DNA from: Eubacteriales bacterium
Lineage (GTDB): Bacteria; Bacillota; Clostridia; Oscillospirales; JAAYXM01
NCBI GenBank assembly: GCA_045539475.1
Contig: JAZQFJ010000085.1
Location: 22,320-86,319 of the forward strand
DNA: 64,000 nt
Reading direction: 5' to 3'
Below are positions 19,401 to 26,692 of this stretch, in pieces. The notes beneath the pieces were generated by a model, which was not told the DNA's origin, did not search any database, and saw nothing but the letters and a program-made list of their open reading frames with translations. The first letter of the stretch is position 1. Each line of letters begins with the position of its first letter. The position numbers and the translations under genes are program-made.

Positions 19401-22400
19401 GAGGTAACTCTTGCTTGTGCAAAGGCAAAATCCCATTCTACATATTATACCGAGGACAAAAAAGCAAATGCTATTGAAAATATTTCAAAATATTCATGGG
19501 CGAAATCTCAGGCAAAGTCAACTATCGCCACTGCAGATAGATATGTTAGCAGCCTAGATGTTCTGTATGGTTTAATTCCATCAAACGAAATTGCGCGTTC
19601 CTCCACATTGGGAGAATACGGCGATCCGGAAATGTATCGTTGCAAATACTGCGGCTGTGATATTCAAGGCAAATACAGCGCATATGGATGGCTCATGAAT
19701 GCAATAAGCAGACCATGGAAGATTCAGTGCCCCGACTGCAAGCGCCTGTTCCCGTCAAATGATTTCGGAAGCTTCTATGAGCTTGGGCTTAACGAATACG
19801 GTGAGTTCTCGCGCGAGCGTGCGCTCTTGAATCACCATAAGAAATTCGTCTGCAAGGACGGTGAAAGCTGCAATTGCTCCGCACCGTCGATGGACGAGCA
19901 GACGCATTCCGATGGCAAACTCAACGAGGAATTTTATAGCTTCTACGGATACGGAGTGGCCGGCGGATATCTTCACAACGACCTATATGAAGATGTCGCG
20001 GAGGATAAAACCATAAACTGCGGACGCGGTATCATTGAGGAAAACGGAGAAAAGGCAAGCTTCTGGGGCGTTGACGACAGCCTCGGTTACCTTACAGGTT
20101 ATCGCCATAAGGACGCTAAAGGAAATATAGTTGCTTATGAGCGTCACGCCTATATCCCTGTATATGCCCACTACGGACTTTTCCGCAAGGGGGTTGACGG
20201 CGGCGGAATAATTCTTGATGCGATTCGAAACTGCTTCCAGGCATACCTCTATACCGGAGAAAAAAAGTACGGAAGAGTGGTAGCGATACTCGTAGACAGA
20301 ATTGCGGATTTTTATCCGGATTATGACCTTACGGTATTCTATACGCTCTACAAGGATAGCGATGGTAAGAACAGACGTATTTTCGTAAACTCTGATGGCG
20401 GAAATAAAAACGGAAAAATCCTTGGGAATATCTGGGAAGTTGATACGGCAAAGGAATTGTGCGAGGCATACGATGCGGTGTATGAGATGTATGACGATCC
20501 TGAGGTTCTGAGCTTCATTCAGAATAAGGGGATGAGTATGAAATTCCGCCACGCAAAGGAAACTCCGTCTCAAATCAGAACGAGCATTGAAGACGGAATA
20601 CTCAGAACTTCATTTGAAGGTCTTTCAGACGGCTCCCTCGCAGGTAACTTCGGTTATGACCAGCGCACCAATGCTATGGCAGCAGTTGTTCTGGATTCTC
20701 AGCCGGAAACCAAAGATTGGCTTGATTTCCTTATGGCGCCCGGTTGGAAAAGAATGGCAGCGGGTTCGACTGGCGGAAGCATAACCGAAAATCTGTATGA
20801 AAAAATAGACTGGGACGGTCAGGGAGATGAGGCATCAAGTTACAACACAAATTGGCTTGACTATCTGATTGATGCTGCACTTATCCTTGCCGACTATGAG
20901 AACAACGAGGGAATAAATCTGTTTGAGAATCCAAAGTTCGTAAAAATGTTCTATGGCATGCTGGGTGTTACAATGTCGGACTATGGCGCGCAGATAGGAG
21001 ATACCGGTTCGTTTGCGGGCACCGGCCTGTGGCTTTCTAAAAAACAGGCGATGGCGGCTTACAGATATATTAAAGATGACGTATTTCTCCAGGCTCTCTA
21101 TCTTATAAACGGTTATTCCTCAAATGGTATTCATGAAGACATCTTTACAAAGAACCCGGAGCAGATTAAAGAGGATATGGATCGCGTTATACAAGAAAAG
21201 GGAACTCTTTCTCTTGATTCCGAGATGCTTTCCGGCTTTGGTTTTGCCGCGCTTCGTGATGGTAAGCGTTATTCAAAGGAAGATGACACCCGCCATGGTT
21301 TCTGGATGTTCTTCGGTCTTTCCGGTGCAGGTCATGGTCACCGTGATTCTCTCAACCTCGGTATGGATGCGTTTGGTCTAAACTTCTTGCCGCCGCTTGG
21401 CTATCCTACCTCAGCTGACAGTCAGCCCCGCACTCTTCAGTGGGATACGCGCACGCTGTCTCACAACACTGTTATGGTAAACGAAGTAATGCAGAGTCCA
21501 AGTCAGCGAAGGGGAAAGAGTCTCCACTTTGATGTAACCGATAATGTTCAGCTTATGGACGCAGATACACAAGACGTTTACAAAGGAAGCGGTGTTTCCA
21601 TCTACCGTCGTTCCGTAATAATGGTAAAAATTGATGAGGATAATTTCTATGGTGTCGACCTGTTCAGAATAAAGGGCGGATGGAGCCATGAGTTCAGCCT
21701 GCATGCTCAGTCTGATGAAATCGGATACACAAGCGGAGTCGATTTTGTTCCGCAGGTGGGTGAGGATGGCAAATACAAGGGAAATTATGCCGGAATTGAC
21801 GTGGACAGCAACCCAACCGGAGCAGGATACGCAGGACCGGACCCGAATTCCCCGATTCAGGCTTCTTATGAAACGGTATATCCGCGCGGATACACATGGC
21901 TTGAAAATGTGGATCGCGGAATTCCGACTTCGGATAAGATAGAGCTTGAGTTTAATATCAAGGATTTCCGAAAAAAGCTGGCTGACCCAAAGGGACTCTA
22001 CCTTCGCGCAACGATGCTTGGCGTCGGTGAAGATTACGCGGTAAACACTGCAACAGGATATCCACCGAACAGCAAGAACAACGCCGTCGTTCCCGGTATC
22101 CGCTATGCACTTATAAAGCGTAAGCATGAGGATAAGAAGCAGCTTGATACACTTTTCACCACGGTCTACGAGCCGTATCGGAACAAAAGAACGCTCTCTG
22201 ATATATCAGAACTTGTGATGAGTGTATCCGCAGGCGAAAAGGGTGAAAACGACATCGCTCGTTGCGTAAAGGTTGTTCATGCAGACGGCGAACGGATAGA
22301 CTACATCTTCTACGCTACGAATAATAAGGTCACATACACAGTAACCGATGGTGATAAGATATTCACCTTCCGTGGCTTTGTCGGCGTAATAACGATGAAA

Positions 22401-23819
22401 AACGGTGCCGATATTTACAAATATATCTGCGACGGCGATATTCTGAATGAAGCTGTTCCGCAGAAGAAAGCAATAAATGCCCGTGTTACATACTTCACAG
22501 AATCCTCCGAGTTTGAAAACGAAATCCACATAAAGCCGCTCGACCCGGTCAGCGTAGACGAAATTGAATCACTCCAGGGGCGTTATGTATATGTAGAAAA
22601 CGGAAACGTCCGCAACGCAGTGTATAAAATCGAGGGCGCAAAGTCAAACGGTAATGAAATTATCCTGGATATCGGAGACTGTACGCTTATAACCGGACAG
22701 ATCGACCCAAATGCAGAGGATAAGGTGGGCAATTATAAGTACAACATAGCAAAACGCGCAGATTGCGTAATTCCGCTTTCGTGGAGCGAAAACAACGCAC
22801 CGTGGGTGGAAGAAATTCCCGATAAAACTGTATCTGCCGGAAGTGCGCTTACTTTCACAATCAATGGTTTAAGCCCGATTGAGAATATGAGAACATCGCT
22901 CTCTATCCGTACCGCGCCGCGTGGAGTAAGCCTTGATTCCGAGACCGGTGCATTTTCGTGGAAACCGGATGCATCTCAGGTGGGTACACACGTTATCACG
23001 GTTATGGTAACGGATGAAGACGGAAGACAGAATGTAAGAGACTTTAAGATAGAGGTTTATGGCTCAACGATGCCCGATAAAAAAGAACCCGTTGAAACCA
23101 CGCCTGCCGGAGGAGGCGGTGGAGGAGGCGGTGGAGGCGGTGCCGCACCGGACGACGGAAATTCTTCTGATCAAACTGATGTAGGGAACGGCGGTTCCGA
23201 CGTCCCGAACGATGAGGACTCCACCCAATCCGATAATACCGAAAATCCACCCGAGGCCTCGGGTGAAACTGATGATATCAGTTTCACAGACCTTTCTAAC
23301 CACACATGGGCATCTGATGCAATCAACGCTCTCGCCATGGATGGCATAATAAAAGGTACGTCAGCAAATTCATTCAGCCCTGCAAATAACATCACTCGTG
23401 CAGACTTCGCGCTTCTCCTTGTCCGTGCGTTCAATCTTTCAAGCGATAACACGGAGAATTTCGCAGACGTAAGTGCAAACGATTACTTCGCCACCGAGCT
23501 TGCAATAGCACGCAACAACGGAATTGTAGGCGGCATCGGAGAAAATAAATTCGCACCGCGCAACACTATAACACGCCAGGATATGATGGTGATTGTATAC
23601 AGAGCGTTGCGGAACCTTAATGTAGGACTCGGTGATTTCGACGAGCCGAATTATGAGGATTTCGATATGGTTGCGGATTATGCAAAAGATGCCGTCTCCG
23701 CCCTCATCGCCAACGGCATCGTAAACGGTAAATCCGGTCTTATCGCACCTCTTGACTACACCACCCGCGCAGAGGTTGCAGTTCTCATCAAGCGTATACT
23801 TGATTATACGCAAAAATGA
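16452..23819 (+). CDS. giant SLH-anchored multidomain polysaccharide lyase-like enzyme (heparinase II/III-like)
   Basis: 2455 aa. Signal peptide ending VAFA. Two CBM6/35-like modules (aa 33-215 and 523-695), each followed by Ig/Big_2-like repeats. Cys4-type insert (aa 1064-1096). Heparinase II/III-like motif GHGHRDSLNL...LSHNT (aa 1627-1673). He_PIG/cadherin-like Ig (aa 2118-2203). Gly11 linker. Three SLH repeats (aa 2277-2455). Confidence 0.85.
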   Translation: MKIRKIISMLLALCMLTTLLPSVAFADGETETTVDPIVVDFTKTTLTTNVSGNTSYEGLTTLGYEINLNKSTTKGVRVNFVGNGLNTVHDCYTTYFVKDKAWPVAPKLDNLMTTINVEVATAGYYSPELIYGTHNSCGDFAIYINGQYAGEITDAWDENVTTKTDMPARTFNTVYLKEGPNEISFKCIAHRKEAGKETLRAQSYLILNKLTFTYCDETLSATEFSHTLPARSMYFGQTADFSVCVKMSDGSTKIFGKYNEDGSEITTPYITLSETDGIGEITNMVQGSNTTTATFTPKAVGQAKIIASAYIGEELFERTILVNVRDEQPLAKVILNIDKDSIPATRTALASIELFDDEDGLFTSEYDVKFESSNPEAATVLKSEENPKGAIITGVAKGTATIKVTANKKGEDKVVTVEKQITVSDPPVIKELSLKLDKETYKIGEEGSFTLSGTMSDGLPATDEEVAKLNITYENDTAAVITLNADEKKFTTLTEGDAEISAIAEVGTKRIFARKIVRVFAQGTSVIANFAKTQLVVDKSLTDSVTEGFKINYENSTTRGAYVALEGAGLQVNHWITPASAGYAWPAYKDKNLMFTISVEAEKAGYYSSELIYEAYNKSGDFIIYINDQFAGFIQAYDETQTKGVQHTKKLNSVYLDRGPNEISFRCAKHYRKDSLGRLDSTWLILDKLTLTPCGEALSAKSFLHNLPEKICKGQELDFALSVKMSDDSTKLFGQYKEDGTEITETPISLEVVSENGVIEDIEQLQDGVKGKLVAQGSGTLQIKAVANVDGNLFEDTIEVEVLDETLNTTRPEISATVFKGDVIELKTVNTLTNGEALDLPASYTVFSSSNPDIAKIDGNILTAVGAGTVAITATTTLAGVTQTGSIEITILDEDVKTLDLTAGGSRHIRLTNIEGDTVPMFVKGITNKGAEVEFAPGDAKITYEALNPEVATIDDNGIITPVEPGNAKFRVKAIFRGREITSEVTLACAKAKSHSTYYTEDKKANAIENISKYSWAKSQAKSTIATADRYVSSLDVLYGLIPSNEIARSSTLGEYGDPEMYRCKYCGCDIQGKYSAYGWLMNAISRPWKIQCPDCKRLFPSNDFGSFYELGLNEYGEFSRERALLNHHKKFVCKDGESCNCSAPSMDEQTHSDGKLNEEFYSFYGYGVAGGYLHNDLYEDVAEDKTINCGRGIIEENGEKASFWGVDDSLGYLTGYRHKDAKGNIVAYERHAYIPVYAHYGLFRKGVDGGGIILDAIRNCFQAYLYTGEKKYGRVVAILVDRIADFYPDYDLTVFYTLYKDSDGKNRRIFVNSDGGNKNGKILGNIWEVDTAKELCEAYDAVYEMYDDPEVLSFIQNKGMSMKFRHAKETPSQIRTSIEDGILRTSFEGLSDGSLAGNFGYDQRTNAMAAVVLDSQPETKDWLDFLMAPGWKRMAAGSTGGSITENLYEKIDWDGQGDEASSYNTNWLDYLIDAALILADYENNEGINLFENPKFVKMFYGMLGVTMSDYGAQIGDTGSFAGTGLWLSKKQAMAAYRYIKDDVFLQALYLINGYSSNGIHEDIFTKNPEQIKEDMDRVIQEKGTLSLDSEMLSGFGFAALRDGKRYSKEDDTRHGFWMFFGLSGAGHGHRDSLNLGMDAFGLNFLPPLGYPTSADSQPRTLQWDTRTLSHNTVMVNEVMQSPSQRRGKSLHFDVTDNVQLMDADTQDVYKGSGVSIYRRSVIMVKIDEDNFYGVDLFRIKGGWSHEFSLHAQSDEIGYTSGVDFVPQVGEDGKYKGNYAGIDVDSNPTGAGYAGPDPNSPIQASYETVYPRGYTWLENVDRGIPTSDKIELEFNIKDFRKKLADPKGLYLRATMLGVGEDYAVNTATGYPPNSKNNAVVPGIRYALIKRKHEDKKQLDTLFTTVYEPYRNKRTLSDISELVMSVSAGEKGENDIARCVKVVHADGERIDYIFYATNNKVTYTVTDGDKIFTFRGFVGVITMKNGADIYKYICDGDILNEAVPQKKAINARVTYFTESSEFENEIHIKPLDPVSVDEIESLQGRYVYVENGNVRNAVYKIEGAKSNGNEIILDIGDCTLITGQIDPNAEDKVGNYKYNIAKRADCVIPLSWSENNAPWVEEIPDKTVSAGSALTFTINGLSPIENMRTSLSIRTAPRGVSLDSETGAFSWKPDASQVGTHVITVMVTDEDGRQNVRDFKIEVYGSTMPDKKEPVETTPAGGGGGGGGGGGAAPDDGNSSDQTDVGNGGSDVPNDEDSTQSDNTENPPEASGETDDISFTDLSNHTWASDAINALAMDGIIKGTSANSFSPANNITRADFALLLVRAFNLSSDNTENFADVSANDYFATELAIARNNGIVGGIGENKFAPRNTITRQDMMVIVYRALRNLNVGLGDFDEPNYEDFDMVADYAKDAVSALIANGIVNGKSGLIAPLDYTTRAEVAVLIKRILDYTQK
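23109..23141 (+). repeat. in-frame 12-nt tandem repeat encoding Gly11
   Basis: GGAGGAGGCGGT x2, then GGAGGCGGT. Confidence 0.9.
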
Positions 23820-23826
23820 CAGAAAA

Positions 23827-23887
23827 AGAGAGGGGCAAGCTTGAATTTAGTGTTTCGCTCCTGAGTTTTTCCAAGCCCCTCTCTTTT
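23827..23887 (+). terminator. long-loop terminator after the giant gene
   Basis: AGAGAGGGGC / GCCCCTCTCT stems with a 38-nt loop and a short T run. Confidence 0.5.
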
Positions 23888-23926
23888 CTAAATAAATCTT
23901 ATAAAATTACGCGAGGAGAAAACTAA

Positions 23927-25027
23927 ATGAAAAAGGATGTTGTAAAGCTTGGTGTAGTCGGGCTTGGCAGAGGCGGCTATGTTACAGAAACTGTCATCGG
24001 AGAAAAAAATGTACAGCTTCGTGCAATTTGTGATATAAATCCTGAAAAGCTTGAGACGGCAAGAAAAATATTTGAGGATGACCTGAAAGTGTCTGACCTT
24101 CTTTGCTTTACAGACTTTGATGAGTTTCTGGAATCCGATATTGATGCCGTCTACATTGCAACAGATGCCATATACCACGTTCCGTTTGTGGAAAAGGCAA
24201 TGGCAGCCGGAAAGCATGTGCTCAGTGAAATTCCGCCGGTAAACTCCGTTGAAGAGGCAAAACGTCTACGCAAAATCGTTAAGGCGCATCCGGAGCTTAA
24301 GTATATGGCGGGGGAAAACTGCTGTTGGTGGGCGTTTATCGAATCGTGGAAAAAGATGTTCGACGAGGGAAAACTGGGTGATGTTGTCTATGCAGAAGCC
24401 GAGTATCTCCATTCAGAAGATTTCAATAAATTTGTGAAACCTGCCGATGGGCATTGGCGCACCTTCAATCCTGCAATCAAATACTTAACGCACGATTTAG
24501 GCCCGCTTCTTTATATAATGAACGACAGATGCGTCAGCGTTTCTTGCATGGTTCCCGATATTTCGTACAATCCGCATAAAACAATATCTGCCCAGAACGG
24601 TGTGGCGCTTTTCAAAACCGCAAAGGGTGCAGTTATACGTGTGCTGGTTTGTTTTGGTGCGTATGTCGGTGTTGATCATAATTATGAAATCATAGGAACG
24701 CGCGGTACTGTGGAAACGGATAAAACAAAACCGCTTTCAGAAGCGCATTATTTTGCGAGGCTTTCAGATATACCCGGAACAATACAAGAAAAAATAGAAG
24801 TTCCGGTAACAGTGAAATACTCAGAAGAGAAATGTCACCCACGTGACGGACACGGCGGTGCGGATAAAAAGATGCTGATGGCGTTTATAGATTGCATCGT
24901 GAATGACAAGGAACCCCCGATTGATGTTGATCTCGGTATACGTATGGCAATCCCTGGAATAATAGCAGACCTTTCTTCGCAAAGTGGCGGTACCCTTATG
25001 GGAATCCCCGACCCCGATGATTTTTAA
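23927..25027 (+). CDS. Gfo/Idh/MocA family oxidoreductase
   Basis: N-terminal Rossmann motif GVVGLGRGG. 366 aa. Confidence 0.85.
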   Translation: MKKDVVKLGVVGLGRGGYVTETVIGEKNVQLRAICDINPEKLETARKIFEDDLKVSDLLCFTDFDEFLESDIDAVYIATDAIYHVPFVEKAMAAGKHVLSEIPPVNSVEEAKRLRKIVKAHPELKYMAGENCCWWAFIESWKKMFDEGKLGDVVYAEAEYLHSEDFNKFVKPADGHWRTFNPAIKYLTHDLGPLLYIMNDRCVSVSCMVPDISYNPHKTISAQNGVALFKTAKGAVIRVLVCFGAYVGVDHNYEIIGTRGTVETDKTKPLSEAHYFARLSDIPGTIQEKIEVPVTVKYSEEKCHPRDGHGGADKKMLMAFIDCIVNDKEPPIDVDLGIRMAIPGIIADLSSQSGGTLMGIPDPDDF

Positions 25028-25093
25028 GTAATAAATCGGTTAGCACACTTATGTGTTAATATAAAAAACAAACCTAAGGAGGATAAACAAAAA

Positions 25094-26653
25094 ATGAAAA
25101 AAAGACTCTTGGCACTTTTGCTTGCAACGCTTATGCTGCTTACGCTTGCCGCTTGCGGCGGTGAAAAAGCAGTAGAAGAAGTTGCGGGCGAACCTGAACC
25201 CGGCAAAGCACTTCCTGCCGATGCGGTTTTGGACGTTGTAATCGCAAGCCATGCAAGCTGGCCGTACAACGAAAACTGGGAAGTTTGGAAAGCAATTCGC
25301 GAAGGTGTGGGCGGCACGATAAACGTCAACGCTTATCCGGAAACTGATTTTCAGACAAAGTTTACGCTGATTATGGCGGACCCGGAAAATCTCCCCGATG
25401 TTATCGGTTTCCAGAATGTTTCAGCTGCGAACAAGTATTTCGAGCAGGGGGCATTCCTCGCACTTGACGACAATCTCGAATACCTGCCGAACTATGAAAA
25501 GTTCTGGAGCTCGGTATCGCCTGAAGAAAAGGAGAATACATACGATATCCGTCGCGTTTCCGATGGCAAGATATATGCTGCACCGCCACTTGGCAACGAG
25601 CGTCAGATGAACGTTATGTCGTGGCTCTATCGTAAGGATATTTTTGATAAGCACGGTTTGAAGGTGCCGGAAACGATGGATGAGCTTTTTGACGTATGTA
25701 TGCAGCTTAAAGAACTGTATCCCGACAGCTACCCGCTTGGTCTCCGCTCAGTGTTCTCGCGTATCAACACTATAGGCTCAGAGTGGAAACCCTATTTCTG
25801 CTACAGTCCGTATTATGATTTCAATGCCGGGAAGTGGGAGTATGGCGCACGTGAGGATACGATGCTTGAAATCGTTACATATCTTAAAAAGTGCTATGAT
25901 AACGGTCTTGTCGCGAAGGATTATATGACAATGGCAACAAACTCATGGCAGGAGCTTATCACAACCGACCGCGCATTCATCACCTGTGACTATCAGACGC
26001 GTATAGACTTCTTTAACGGTATCGCGCGTGAGCATAACCCCGACTTTAACTTTACTGCGATGAAGCCGCCGAAGGCAAATACGGCAACGGGCGCACACCT
26101 TCTCGCAAAAGAAAACTTTGATAATCAGGGTATGGTAGCTTGCAATACCGGAAACAAAGCATCGCAGATAAATGCACTCAGATATATCGACTGGTTCTAT
26201 TCCGATGAAGGTAGCCTCGCGGTAAGCTGGGGTAAGGAAGGCGTCACCTTTGAGGAGGTCGACGGAAAGAAAAAGTTCATCCTTCCCGATGACGATGCAA
26301 CGGCAAAATCCAATTACGGATTCCAGACAATAGGCACATATCTCCGTCTTGACCCTGCAGCATCCGATGCACTTGTATCAGAGGAGCAGGCGGCAACAAC
26401 AGATATGATTCTGGCTAACCAGACGGATTATTTAAATCCGGTTCGTTGGCTGAAACCGAGCGATGAACAAGCTGATAAAATAGCAGAGCTTAACACCTCT
26501 ATCCTGCCATTTGTCGAAGAGAACTTAAGCAAGTTCCTGCTCGGCACAAAGCCGATGTCTGAATGGGATGCATTCCAGGCTGAGCTTGCAAAGCTTCCGA
26601 TAGATGAGCTTCTCGCCGTATACGACGAGATATATCAAAAGATAGCGCAATAA
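25094..26653 (+). CDS. ABC transporter extracellular solute-binding lipoprotein (carbohydrate type)
   Basis: Lipobox LTLAAC at aa 17-22. 519 aa, with the size and composition of family-1 sugar SBPs. No permease or ATPase genes are present in the locus. Confidence 0.8.
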   Translation: MKKRLLALLLATLMLLTLAACGGEKAVEEVAGEPEPGKALPADAVLDVVIASHASWPYNENWEVWKAIREGVGGTINVNAYPETDFQTKFTLIMADPENLPDVIGFQNVSAANKYFEQGAFLALDDNLEYLPNYEKFWSSVSPEEKENTYDIRRVSDGKIYAAPPLGNERQMNVMSWLYRKDIFDKHGLKVPETMDELFDVCMQLKELYPDSYPLGLRSVFSRINTIGSEWKPYFCYSPYYDFNAGKWEYGAREDTMLEIVTYLKKCYDNGLVAKDYMTMATNSWQELITTDRAFITCDYQTRIDFFNGIAREHNPDFNFTAMKPPKANTATGAHLLAKENFDNQGMVACNTGNKASQINALRYIDWFYSDEGSLAVSWGKEGVTFEEVDGKKKFILPDDDATAKSNYGFQTIGTYLRLDPAASDALVSEEQAATTDMILANQTDYLNPVRWLKPSDEQADKIAELNTSILPFVEENLSKFLLGTKPMSEWDAFQAELAKLPIDELLAVYDEIYQKIAQ

Positions 26654-26692
26654 GAGCTGCGAAAATTATAAGAAAATAAGGAGAGATATACA

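Noticed and set aside
16626-22127. Long antisense ORFs inside the giant gene: 16626..17129, 17757..18461, 18461..19069, 19983..20573 and 21411..22127 (minus strand).
   Set aside because: They are shadow ORFs of a continuous 7.4-kb sense ORF that has clear domain content. They have low-complexity, unrecognisable translations and no RBSs.
23109-23141. Gly-tract repeat considered as a phase-variation (on/off) switch.
   Set aside because: The repeat unit is a multiple of 3, so slippage keeps the frame. At most it gives length polymorphism.
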